The notes beneath the pieces are model-generated. The model did no database searches and had not been told where the DNA came from. It saw only the letters and a list, made by a program, of their open reading frames with translations. Made by a program: the position numbers and the translations under genes. From a virus (Duplodnaviria > Caudoviricetes): a stretch of 64,000 nt of DNA. Of the stretch, positions 44,257 to 53,699 are shown piece by piece (positions within the stretch are counted from its first letter, which is position 1; every line of letters begins with the position of its first letter). The stretch covers positions 2,162-66,161 of IMG/VR virus record IMGVR_UViG_2510461076_000001; one strand, given 5' to 3'.

Positions 44257-46728
44257 ATGCCCGAGAGCGCCGTTGCCATCTGGGCCGATGGGCCAACCTC
44301 AAGCCCGTACGAGCCTGACAAAGCCCAAATCCGCATCTGGGGAAGCTGGGTAGAGAATTCGATCAATGCGCTCTCATCGGGCGGGACGCTGTCCTATACG
44401 ACGCTCGCGGCGTTGAATGCCGACCTTGCTCATCCGGCCTTTACCTTGGCGTGGGTGAACGGCGATCCTGTCGCTAATAACAACGGCATCTACAGGAAGC
44501 TCGGCGCCAGCGGCACAGGCTCGTGGGTGCGGTTTGCAGATCTGCCCTACTCGTTCATAGCCGCAACGGCGACGGGTGCAGGCACGCCGAGCGCGATCGA
44601 GGCAGTAACTGGCATCCCGGTGTCTTCCTCGGCGATGATCGTGCTCGACCTCATCGACGAGAACGATGCTTCTCCGGTCACGGTCTCGTTCAACGGCGGC
44701 GACCCGCTGACCATCAAGTCGAACAGCGGCAACGATATCGCGCCAGGCGGACTGCTCGCCGGCATGCGCGTGCTCGGTACCATCATCGATGACACCTTCA
44801 GGCTCATCACCGATCAGGTCAGCACGGCGATCGTCGCCGAGGCCGAAGCAGCCATGACGGCGGCCATTGCGGCCAGGGACGGCGCCGAGGAGTGGGCCAA
44901 CAATGATTTCGGCGACGCGGTATCTGTGCCGGCCGGCGGCGATGGGTCGACGACCTTTTCAGCCAAGCATTGGGCGGAAGTCGCGCTGGAAGGCGGGACG
45001 ATCCTGCGCGGCTATCTCTATGGCGGCGAGATCAGCAACAACACCAGCGACCTCACCAACGATTTGGACATTGCTGCCGGCGTGGCAGCAACGGATGACG
45101 CCACTCCAGTCCTGATGGTCTGGTCAGCTGTGACGCGCCAATTGGATGTTGCGTTCGGCTCTGGCAACGGTGGCCGATTCGATAGCGCCATTGCCGATGG
45201 CAGCTGGCATATCTTCGCCTGCACGAATGGCACGACGACCGTGATCGGGATGTCGCAAAGCCTGAACCCCACTGGCGCGCCGAACTATCCTTCCGGCTAT
45301 ACCAAATATCGCCGCATCGGCACGCGCGTGCGAATGTCTGGCGTCCTGCGTCGAGTTGTCCAGCGCGGCGATCGACACATTCTCTATGACCCACTCATTC
45401 AGAACGGCGGATCGGCGATCGCGACGACGACGACCGCAGCGACGCTCACGCTTTCCGGGATCCCGCTCGGCATAGAAGTCGATGTAAAGATCATCGCCTC
45501 GTACACATCAGCGACGGTATCATCCGGCGCGCTCATCACGTCGCCGCATGCAAATGATCCCACGCCAGGGGCAAGTCAATCAGGCATCAACGTCGGCCAC
45601 ATTCAGGTTGCCAGCGCGTTCGCCGCCGATGAGGTCCGGGTCCGAACGAACACTTCGGCCCAGATCCGGCATCGAGCCGGCGCGTCCGGCAGCCTTTACC
45701 TCGCCGTTCACGAATGGACCGATGACCGCGGCGCAACTGTCTTCAAAGGCGGCCCGTCCCTTGGTTCTGGTGGAAGTTCTGGCAGCGAGGTTCACTCCTC
45801 CTCCTACGCCACCTTGCAAGATGCCATCACCGCGGCCGCCGGCAAGCGCCTGGTGATAGAGGCTGGAAGCTATACCACCACAGGCTTGACCGGCGTCTCG
45901 AATATCGAGATCACGACTAATGGGCCGGTGACGATCTCGACGACATCGAACGCGCCTATCCTCGACATGACCAACTGCGTGAATTGGTCCATCCGAGGGC
46001 AGCTACGTCTGGTTGGTAACGCCACACCTTATACCGGCTACCCTGGCTCTCTGGCAGACACCGGTCAGAAGGGCATCAAGATCTCGAATTGCGATCGCTA
46101 TCTCATCGACGGCATGATCGAGATGGAGAACATCAACGGCTCCGGCCTCTTTGTCGAGCTGAGCGCCGGCAGCTGGCAGCACAAGGGCGTAATCAAAGGA
46201 CTTCGGATAAAGAGCTGCTATCACGGCATTCGTTACACGAACTTCGCAGAATACGATCAGGTCAATGATTTCTCGATCGACAACTGCGCGTTCGCCGTTC
46301 GCGTCGAGAGCGGCAACATCATGTTTGCGAACGGGAAGATGAACTTCAATTCCGTTTGCGTCAGCCTCGCGACGTCGAGCGGAAACGAAGCTCATGGCGA
46401 ATTCGCCAACTGCCAGATGAACCATTCTGAATATGCAATCAGCGCATCAGGTATCACGCTGGGTGAGGCGTTCAACGGCTGCATCGCACTCGGAAACCAG
46501 GCCGGCGCAGGTCACGGGAAGATCCAGATCATCAACTCGGTCGGTATCCTGTGGAATGGCGGGCAGGTCGGCGGGGATATCAGCCTTGATGCCACCTCGA
46601 AGATGGCATTGATGAACGCCTATATCCGAACTGACTTGACCGCTGCGCCAGCGGTAACGTCTGGCGGCGTGTTCACGGCGAAGAACAATATCGCAAACAC
46701 TGGCGGGCTTTGGGCCTACAATAACTAG
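44257..46728 (+). CDS. Tail fibre/spike with C-terminal beta-helix (putative depolymerase)
   Basis: 823 aa modular; YATLQDAITAA then repeating parallel beta-helix pattern. Confidence 0.75.
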   Translation: MPESAVAIWADGPTSSPYEPDKAQIRIWGSWVENSINALSSGGTLSYTTLAALNADLAHPAFTLAWVNGDPVANNNGIYRKLGASGTGSWVRFADLPYSFIAATATGAGTPSAIEAVTGIPVSSSAMIVLDLIDENDASPVTVSFNGGDPLTIKSNSGNDIAPGGLLAGMRVLGTIIDDTFRLITDQVSTAIVAEAEAAMTAAIAARDGAEEWANNDFGDAVSVPAGGDGSTTFSAKHWAEVALEGGTILRGYLYGGEISNNTSDLTNDLDIAAGVAATDDATPVLMVWSAVTRQLDVAFGSGNGGRFDSAIADGSWHIFACTNGTTTVIGMSQSLNPTGAPNYPSGYTKYRRIGTRVRMSGVLRRVVQRGDRHILYDPLIQNGGSAIATTTTAATLTLSGIPLGIEVDVKIIASYTSATVSSGALITSPHANDPTPGASQSGINVGHIQVASAFAADEVRVRTNTSAQIRHRAGASGSLYLAVHEWTDDRGATVFKGGPSLGSGGSSGSEVHSSSYATLQDAITAAAGKRLVIEAGSYTTTGLTGVSNIEITTNGPVTISTTSNAPILDMTNCVNWSIRGQLRLVGNATPYTGYPGSLADTGQKGIKISNCDRYLIDGMIEMENINGSGLFVELSAGSWQHKGVIKGLRIKSCYHGIRYTNFAEYDQVNDFSIDNCAFAVRVESGNIMFANGKMNFNSVCVSLATSSGNEAHGEFANCQMNHSEYAISASGITLGEAFNGCIALGNQAGAGHGKIQIINSVGILWNGGQVGGDISLDATSKMALMNAYIRTDLTAAPAVTSGGVFTAKNNIANTGGLWAYNN

Positions 46729-47069
46729 ATGATGCGGTCCATCTGCTCTTCGATCGTCTCGGGATCCTCAGCGTATTCCCACTGATCATCCGACCTTCGG
46801 CGACGGCGCCACAATGTGCCGTTGCCTGACCATCCGCCATCGATGAGACGGACCTTCGGCTGAAAAAGCGTCTCGCTTTTCGACCAATGATAGTCACCTG
46901 GTCGGACGGTCTCAGGGACGAAAAGGCGGAAGAGGCGGCGGGGCACGGAATCCATCGCGTAAGCCAGCCAATTGAGAATTTCGAGGATCAAGACCGCGCT
47001 CCCGTGGCAACAAGTTACCACGCACCGTTGAAAATAGAGCTTTCTACCCCCGCAACCGGGTTCTTGCAA
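46725..47069 (-). CDS. Counter-oriented hypothetical protein
   Basis: ORF convergent on the tail fibre; true start probably internal. Confidence 0.45.
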   Translation of the reverse strand: MQEPGCGGRKLYFQRCVVTCCHGSAVLILEILNWLAYAMDSVPRRLFRLFVPETVRPGDYHWSKSETLFQPKVRLIDGGWSGNGTLWRRRRRSDDQWEYAEDPETIEEQMDRII

Positions 47070-47091
47070 TATCTACAATCTGGAGTTTCCT

Positions 47092-48243
47092 ATGAACCGC
47101 GAAATATTCTACGCGGCGCTGCGGCGCCGTGGGAGTGGCGTATTCGGCACGTCGCTGAAGCCATCTCAGAAAGCAGGCCTTGAGGCGGTGCTCGACGAGG
47201 CGGAGAAGCGAAGCGCGCCGATCGCTCACCTCGCTTATATGCTCGCCACCGACTATCACGAGACGGCGCGCACCATGCAGCCGATCGCTGAATACGGCAA
47301 AGGCAAGGGCAAGCCCTACGGCAAGAAGGGGAAGTATGGGCAGGCGCAATATGGTCGCGGGCTCGTGCAACTCACATGGGACCGCAATTACGAGCGCGCC
47401 GACAATGAGCTCGGCCTCAAGGGCGCGCTCCTGAAGAATTTCGATCTTGCCATGACGATGAAGGTCGCTGTCGCGATCATGTTTTCCGGGATGGAGGAAG
47501 GCTGGTTCACCGGCAAGAAGCTTTCCCAATATTTGTCCGGGTCGAAGAAAGACTATGTCGGCGCGCGTCGGATCATCAATGGCACCGATAAGGCTGCGCA
47601 GATCGCCGAGTATGCCCGCTCCTTCGAGGCGGCGCTGGTTGAGGCCGGATATGCCGAGACTGCGACCAAGCCCGCTCCTGTCGCGCCTATGGCTCTCGCC
47701 GCTGTCCCGGAAGCCAAGACGGACAAGACCACCGTCGAGATCGTTCAGCGCAAGCTGTTCGAGAAGGGCTATACCGAAGTCGGCAGCCGGCGCGCCGACG
47801 GTTCCTTCGACGGCGAGATGGGCAAGATGACGCGCGGCGCCATCACGGTTTTCCGCCAGGAGAACGAATTGCCGCCCGGCGACTTCATCGACCAGGACCT
47901 GCTCAACGCGCTGGACACCGCGCCGGATCGGAAGCTCGCCCGCAATGATGCCTCGGCCCAGACGGTCCGCCAGGCGGTGCCCGAAGTCCGTTCCAACTGG
48001 CTGGTGAAGATCGGCGCGGTTATTGCCGGGGCCTTCTCCAGCATCGGCGCCTTCTTCGATGGGATCATGGGGAACCTCGGGATTGCTCGGGGCTATGTCG
48101 ACAACGTCAAGGACTATGCGGCCGACGTGCCGGGCTACGTCTGGATGGGCGCCGTGGTGGCGGTCGCCGGCGGCGTCTACCTCGTGGCGCGGCACGGCGA
48201 GCGCAAAGGAGTCGAGGCGTATCAATCTGGAGAACGCAGGTGA
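47092..48243 (+). CDS. Endolysin: GH19-like domain + peptidoglycan-binding domain + C-terminal hydrophobic helices
   Basis: YMLATDYHET, YGRGLVQLTW..NY, ARRIING; VQRKL..GY..DG.MG..TR.AI..F. Confidence 0.85.
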   Translation: MNREIFYAALRRRGSGVFGTSLKPSQKAGLEAVLDEAEKRSAPIAHLAYMLATDYHETARTMQPIAEYGKGKGKPYGKKGKYGQAQYGRGLVQLTWDRNYERADNELGLKGALLKNFDLAMTMKVAVAIMFSGMEEGWFTGKKLSQYLSGSKKDYVGARRIINGTDKAAQIAEYARSFEAALVEAGYAETATKPAPVAPMALAAVPEAKTDKTTVEIVQRKLFEKGYTEVGSRRADGSFDGEMGKMTRGAITVFRQENELPPGDFIDQDLLNALDTAPDRKLARNDASAQTVRQAVPEVRSNWLVKIGAVIAGAFSSIGAFFDGIMGNLGIARGYVDNVKDYAADVPGYVWMGAVVAVAGGVYLVARHGERKGVEAYQSGERR

Positions 48244-48533
48244 TGAGCGTCGGAGACATCCTCAAAATCGGCACGGGAGCCGTTTGCGGCGCTCTGCTGA
48301 CATTCGCCATCTACGGCACGTTGAACGCCATGGTGTGGCTTCCTGCTGCTGAAAGACATGGCCGCGAGCTGGAAGCTGCCGATCTGACGGCTGCCACCAA
48401 CAAAGCAATCGGAGAGTTGAGCAATGCAGCTGATCAAGCTCGCGTTCGTCGTCGCCTGTGCTCTGAGCGCGGCGGCATGTACGACTTCGCAAAAAGTGAG
48501 TGTGTCGAAGCAAAACCTGTCGGGAACGACTAG
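48243..48533 (+). CDS. Rz-like inner-membrane spanin
   Basis: N-terminal TM segment then helical periplasmic region; follows the endolysin. Confidence 0.6.
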   Translation: MSVGDILKIGTGAVCGALLTFAIYGTLNAMVWLPAAERHGRELEAADLTAATNKAIGELSNAADQARVRRRLCSERGGMYDFAKSECVEAKPVGND

Positions 48534-48681
48534 GTCCATCGTCGGGACTTCCCTTATCGGGGCTCAGGGCGCAACGCCTCGAGATCAAGAGAAGATCGAC
48601 GATACCGCGGCCGGCCTTTGCGGAGCCGGAATTTGGACCTCTGCGGAGTGCCGTGCGCACGGTGACGCATCGAAACGGTAG
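48424..48681 (+). CDS. Rz1-like outer-membrane lipoprotein spanin
   Basis: Signal peptide with LSAAAC lipobox, overlapping the Rz-like gene in another frame. Confidence 0.6.
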   Translation: MQLIKLAFVVACALSAAACTTSQKVSVSKQNLSGTTRSIVGTSLIGAQGATPRDQEKIDDTAAGLCGAGIWTSAECRAHGDASKR

Positions 48682-48687
48682 CATCGA

Positions 48688-48954
48688 ATGGAACAAATCA
48701 GCGGCGAAATCGGCGCCTTTCTCGTCTCTCAGGGGCCGATCGGGGTCTTGGCCCTGATCATGACCGGCCTCTACGTCTACGAGCGGAAGGGACGGACAAA
48801 GGACAGGGAGGATTTCGACGACGAGCTGAAACAGGCTCAGTTGGCGAATGTCGAGACCCTGAAAATCATCCTTCCTCTGGTGCAGAAGCTGACCACCACC
48901 ATGGACACAGTTCTTCCCCTCTTGATGCGGAACCTCGACAGGAGGCAGGGATGA
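48688..48954 (+). CDS. Putative holin (one TM)
   Basis: QGPIGVLALIMTGLYVY TM segment within the lysis cassette. Confidence 0.5.
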   Translation: MEQISGEIGAFLVSQGPIGVLALIMTGLYVYERKGRTKDREDFDDELKQAQLANVETLKIILPLVQKLTTTMDTVLPLLMRNLDRRQG

Positions 48955-49133
48955 GCTTGTCCTCATGGCTGAGCCGAAAGCCGGCGGTTGATCACCAAAT
49001 CAAGCAGATCGAGCAGGAGAAACTGGAGCTTCAAGCGGAGCTGGCGCAAGCCTCCGTTACGTTCGAGCGCCGGCGGCACCGTGTGCAAGAGATCGCAGAG
49101 CAGGCCATAAAAAGCATGAGAGAAGGGCAGTGA
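48951..49133 (+). CDS. Small coiled-coil protein
   Basis: Coupled ORF in the lysis cassette. Confidence 0.55.
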   Translation: MSLSSWLSRKPAVDHQIKQIEQEKLELQAELAQASVTFERRRHRVQEIAEQAIKSMREGQ

Positions 49134-49612
49134 TGATGAGGAGGTTCAAGAAGAGCCTAGCAGCTTGGGGCGTCCTCGCCGCCATATTGTCCTTTTGGGT
49201 GCTGTTCGCGGTGCTGCGGCAGGACCTGTTGACGAAGGTTTCCTACAGCCTGGCGCTCGGCGCCATCTTCGCCGTCCTTGTCCGATACACCAAGGACGCT
49301 TTTTATTCCCTTCGCGAGGGCAGGCAGGGTTACAACTTCCTGGTCGTCGGCGTCTACCTGACCTTCGTCATCCTCTTCTGGCAGAGGGTATGGGCGATCG
49401 TCCTCGACATGTACGACCGGCCGGACATCCTGGTCTATTCACCCGTTTCCCCGTTCATCTCCTGGATGCTGATGATCTCATCGGCTCTGGTGTCCATTGC
49501 CCCGGACGTTGATAACGGGAAAGTGGCGAATGCGAGCCTGGTGCGTCTTGGGATCGCGCTTTTCATCGCCGGGCTGATCTCCGGCGTCAGCATCACGAGC
49601 TTCCTGTCTTAA
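49130..49612 (+). CDS. Multi-pass membrane protein (lysis cassette)
   Basis: Four to five hydrophobic segments. Confidence 0.7.
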   Translation: MMMRRFKKSLAAWGVLAAILSFWVLFAVLRQDLLTKVSYSLALGAIFAVLVRYTKDAFYSLREGRQGYNFLVVGVYLTFVILFWQRVWAIVLDMYDRPDILVYSPVSPFISWMLMISSALVSIAPDVDNGKVANASLVRLGIALFIAGLISGVSITSFLS

Positions 49613-49823
49613 TATTCCACCGAGATACCGCCCGCCACGTGTCGTGCTCCAGCTGCGTGGCGGCGTCGCGAAAGAACGGTGATGGCTCGGCGGTGACGTT
49701 CGCTCCGCATCGCTGGCACGAGATGCGCGCCGTGGCGTCATAGATCACTCGCGCCTTACCGCCGCAGCTGCATTTCTTCAGGGTCGGCGTCGTATCGTCG
49801 ATCCTCGTCGGCCGCCAGCGCAT
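49593..49823 (-). CDS. Lar (restriction alleviation)-like zinc-ribbon protein
   Basis: LKKCSCGGKA..ISCQRCGA..AVSRWN; TGATG-coupled. Confidence 0.55.
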   Translation of the reverse strand: MRWRPTRIDDTTPTLKKCSCGGKARVIYDATARISCQRCGANVTAEPSPFFRDAATQLEHDTWRAVSRWNIKTGSS

Positions 49824-50062
49824 CAATCTTCCCCCGCAAAATGCCCGAATCTCAACTTTCCCGCCTTCGCCCCGCAAGTGGCGCATTTCAAGTGCGGTTC
49901 GATCTCCTTGATGAGATGGTGCTGCATGCTTGCCGGCAAGGACTTTCGGTCGAATCGCCTCTGCTCTCCGCATGCCTGGCATTCTGCCATGATGTCTACG
50001 TGCTGTGGCGCGACGTTGATATATCCCGGCGACCAGTCTTTGATTTCCATAAATTTCGGCAT
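49823..50062 (-). CDS. Zinc-ribbon protein
   Basis: CQACG and CATCG motifs; GAGGAG RBS. Confidence 0.7.
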   Translation of the reverse strand: MPKFMEIKDWSPGYINVAPQHVDIMAECQACGEQRRFDRKSLPASMQHHLIKEIEPHLKCATCGAKAGKLRFGHFAGED

Positions 50063-50129
50063 GGATGTTCTCTCCTCTTGCGAGGTTGATCTGAGCCGCA
50101 TGTGTGAAAAAAGCTCCCGCCAGAGCGAT

Positions 50130-50163
50130 GTTCTCAATACGTTCTCATCGTGTTCCGAGTCAA
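50130..50163 (-). promoter_or_regulatory. Tandem alphaproteobacterial LexA boxes over a leftward promoter
   Basis: GTTC at 50130, 50141 and 50152 (two GTTC-N7-GTTC); minus-strand TTGACT 50163-50158. Confidence 0.7.
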
Positions 50164-50214
50164 TAATCATTCTTGGTAAATTGCTTTTTAAGTGATTGCT
50201 GATGGGATGGCGGC

Positions 50215-51258
50215 ATGACAAAGCCGCCGAAAACAAAGCCGCTCCTGCAGGATCCTGATAAGCCGGTTCGATCCCGGCCGCGCAAGCCGCGAAATCCCGC
50301 GCAGCCGAATCTTCCCCTCGACCCTATGCCAGACCGCGTTGAGCCATGTCTTGCACTTCTGAAAGCCAGACCGCCGAAGGGCGACGACTGGGTTTATGAA
50401 ATCAAATGGGATGGCTATCGCCTGTCCGTTCATGTCGGGCCGACGGGCATTCGCATCCTGACGCGTGGCGGCCACGACTGGACTGATCGTTTCCCGGCGA
50501 TCAAACAAGCGGCACTGTGGCTTCCTGTTGGCTCAGCCATCCTCGACGGCGAGGCCGTGGTCCTCGACGAGCAGGGCCGGTCGGATTTCGGCCTGCTGCA
50601 ACAATCACTCGGCGGACGGGGCGGCAAGAAGAGGTCAAGCGACGCCATCTTCATGGCTTTCGATCTGCTCTATTTCGACGGGCACGACCTCAGAAACTCC
50701 GAACTCGACATGCGCCGACATCTGCTCGAGGACCTCGTGCCGGCCGGCGAGCTGGGCGATATCCGGCTTTCGGAGGAGATCGAGGCCGACGGTGATCAGC
50801 TGCTGGCGAGCGCATGCGAACTTGGCCTTGAGGGCATCATAGCGAAGCTGCGGCGCGCGCCATATCGTTCCGGCCGGGGTGGCGACTGGGTAAAAATCAA
50901 ATGCGTCCAAAGCGCGGGCTTCGCGATCGTCGGCTATGAGAAGTCGACGGCATCGTTCGGAGGCATCGGCCGGCTGCTGCTGGCCGCGCGCAAGGGGGGC
51001 GACCTAGTCTATGTCGGGGGAGTGGGGACGGGGTTTAACGAACGATCCGCCGCCGAGCTCCGGGTGCAGATGGACAAGCTGATCATCGGGAAGCCAGCTG
51101 TCGATACCGGGAGGAAGCGGAATGCGGTCTTCGTCCGGCCGGAGCTTGTTGCTGAGATCGAATATCGGGCGTGGACACATGACGGGAAGCTCCGGCACGC
51201 GTCTTACAAGGGGATTCTGGAGGAGCAGGATATGGCCGAAGTTTACGAGCTGACCTGA
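50215..51258 (+). CDS. ligD: ATP-dependent DNA ligase, LigD ligase-domain type
   Basis: EIKWDGYR motif I, LDGE, FDLL, EGIIAK, WVKIK, C-terminal OB domain LRHASYKG. Confidence 0.88.
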   Translation: MTKPPKTKPLLQDPDKPVRSRPRKPRNPAQPNLPLDPMPDRVEPCLALLKARPPKGDDWVYEIKWDGYRLSVHVGPTGIRILTRGGHDWTDRFPAIKQAALWLPVGSAILDGEAVVLDEQGRSDFGLLQQSLGGRGGKKRSSDAIFMAFDLLYFDGHDLRNSELDMRRHLLEDLVPAGELGDIRLSEEIEADGDQLLASACELGLEGIIAKLRRAPYRSGRGGDWVKIKCVQSAGFAIVGYEKSTASFGGIGRLLLAARKGGDLVYVGGVGTGFNERSAAELRVQMDKLIIGKPAVDTGRKRNAVFVRPELVAEIEYRAWTHDGKLRHASYKGILEEQDMAEVYELT

Positions 51259-51368
51259 TCCTGTTGGAGCCGGGAATGGTTTACATCGTGCCCGGATTAT
51301 TCAACAAAAAGCGGGTCGGTAATTGTAAACGGATTTGATGCAGGCCCTGCAAATGCTGGGTTTAATGT

Positions 51369-51417
51369 CTGCCTTCTAAGCAGGTTGTCGCAGGTTCGAT
51401 TCCTGCAGGGGTCGCCA
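51369..51417 (+). repeat. att site: 3' half of tRNA-Arg(UCU)
   Basis: CTGC-CTTCTAA-GCAG anticodon arm, GCAGG-TTCGATT-CCTGC T arm, CCA end; no D arm or 5' acceptor strand upstream. Confidence 0.88.
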
Positions 51418-51759
51418 TCCATTTTTCAAGTATATGTTTTTGCTTTATTTTCAGTCTTGAACCCCTCATCGGATTTGGTTTGAGGGGTTAGGCTGTTCTC
51501 GTTAAGTTTCGCAGCGCCCGAAATCAAAGTGGCGGCATGACCAATCCACCTCGCATGCCTCCAAAACCGCTGCCGCACGAAGGTGCGCTGCAAGTCTGGC
51601 GAAACCGCAGACACAAAAAAAGCCCCACTACGGAGCGGGGCTAAGGTTGAGGTGGGTCGCATAGCGAAGTGTAACGAATCTCCGCACGGCCCGAAGGTTT
51701 TACGATCAACAGAGCATATTGTTCCCGTGCCGACAGATTTTCTTTAATCAGTCGCACCA

Positions 51760-52092
51760 TTAGTTCGGCCTCTTCGGGCTCCAGGTGCGCGCGAAGCCTT
51801 CCGTGAGCAGTTTCTTCCCGATCTTTTCCCCGTTCGTCCGATAGATGTTGACGAGCGGACGGTGAGACAGGGTTTTGTCGACTGCGCCGCTCAATACGAT
51901 CCGCAATCCCTTTTCAGCCAAAAGCTCTTCCAACCTTCCCTTGGCGATCAGCGCCAGCTTCCGTTCCTTGATGCACTTCGCGTGCGATCCAATCTCCGGC
52001 GTATCGATGCCCGTGACGAACGGAATACCTTCCCCCAGCAGTCGCATGTTCTGCCCGCTCAGCGATGCGCAAATAACCAGTCCGGCAATCAT
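51760..52092 (-). pseudogene. Thermonuclease (SNase)-family remnant
   Basis: GIDTPE motif and LLTEGFAR present; N-terminal VDGDT motif absent. Confidence 0.55.
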
Positions 52093-52408
52093 GAACCTTC
52101 TCCCATGCTCGGCCGATAAGACCGCGCAGACTTGATCGAAGCGGGCCGATCCATTCGCGAACCGACCCGCCGATGAAACACAAGTGCCGACCTGTCATAT
52201 TGAAACGCTGCCATCATTGCGGCGGCATTGTCGGTGGTCAGCAAACCACCATGCCCATGGTGCGTTTCGCCGAGCAACGGCCCTACAATTATGCCTGTGC
52301 TCAACACCTGCGCCCTTCCGGTATTCCGTGCTCGCTCTTGTCGTTTCCAACAGGTCTTCATCTTAGCGTTTCACCAACCTGTAATCTGAGGACGATTGAT
52401 GCATTAAC

Positions 52409-53450
52409 TCACGCCATCGTCCCAACGTCGACGGTGCCTCCAGGCTTGATGTAATTGCCGCCCCTTATCAGCAGAGCCCAAACTATTCGCGCGGTCTTGT
52501 TGGCCAATGCTACTGCCGCCACTTTAAAAGGGCGCCGCTTCCGAAGCTTTGCTAGCCACGGAGAGACTCGTTCAGCTGTTTTGGCGCTCCGAATAACCGA
52601 CATTGCTCCGGTTACAAGCAGAGTTCGGAGGTGGCTATTTCCCATCCTGGAAATATTGCCCAGCGCCTGGCTCTCTCCGCTCGAATGACTTTTCGGAGTT
52701 AGGCCAATCCATGCCGCAAAATGGCGGGCCGATTTAAATCCACTAAGGTCAGGAGCAAGCGCTGTGATGGCGACTGCAATTATAGGCCCGACGCCAGGGA
52801 TGGTCATGTGTCTCTTGATATCGGCGTCGTTCTTCGTTCGAGCTAGGATTTCGCGATCAAGTCGTGCGATGTATTCGCCCAGAAACTCAATCTGTTTAAG
52901 AATTTGCTGCAAGGCGAAGCGAGCGGAAGCCGGAATGCGACCGTCGTGCTCATCGTTTGCGATGGCGATAAGTGCCTTCAAACCAGTTGTACCTTGGGCG
53001 GTCGCGACCCCCAGTTCAGCCAAATGGGACCAAGTGCATTAATCGCTTGCGTCCTCTGGCGTATGGCCAGGGTGCGCGCCCGGAAGATCATGCCCGATGC
53101 CTGTTGTTCAGCAGATTTGACGGGGACAAATCGCATCGTCTTTCGCGTCAAAGCTTCGTTGATCGCTTCCGCGTCATTGAAATCGCTCTTTCCCCGCTTC
53201 ACAAAGGGCTTCACATAGGCTGGATGGACCAACGGACCTCATGGCCGAACTCGGCAATGCGGCGAGCCCAATGATGAGCGGTACTGCAGGCCTCGAGACC
53301 GACCAGGCACGGTGGCAATTTCGCGAAGAATTCGAGAAGGTCTGCCCGTTTTATTTTCCGATTGAAAACCGTTGAGCCATCAGCGTCGGCAGCATGCACT
53401 TGGAAAACGTTCTTCGCTATATCCAGTCCGATAGTCGCTATTTTCTTCAC
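52409..53450 (-). pseudogene. IS110-family transposase, two frameshifts
   Basis: GLDIAKNVFQVH and LEAC (53450-53211); KSDFNDAEAI (53232-52978); IPGVG, SSG, AAVALANK (53023-52409). Confidence 0.88.
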
Positions 53451-53699
53451 GACACAACTCCTCAGGTTGGTGAACAACGGCGAGGATTTTGTCGTTTGTT
53501 TCACGTCGACGGCAAGAGGGTGCGCCGGCCTCTGATCGAGGATCTTGTGCCTGCCGGCGGGGGACGGACGACGGCAAGCTGCGGCATGCTTCTTGTAAGG
53601 GGCTGCGCGAAGCCGCTGATCAACTGCCGGTTTATGAGTTGGACGACATACGCTAAGGTTCAACACCGGCCAGCCTCGTCGATCGGCAAACAGCCACCC

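Larger units (their letters stand above)
1..51417. mobile_element. Temperate prophage (siphovirus-like, lambdoid layout), left end outside window
   Basis: Contiguous repressor/Cro, recombination, replication, terminase, portal, capsid, tail, tape measure and lysis genes ending at a tRNA 3' fragment; no integrase in the window. Confidence 0.95.

Noticed and set aside
44257-46728. Diversity-generating retroelement targeting the tail fibre
   Set aside because: No reverse transcriptase and no TR/VR repeat pair seen
51340-51417. Intact tRNA-Arg gene
   Set aside because: No D arm or 5' acceptor strand; only the 3' half, so treated as att
52173-52454. Cys-rich 93-aa ORF beside the IS110
   Set aside because: No RBS; overlaps the IS end; likely non-coding flank
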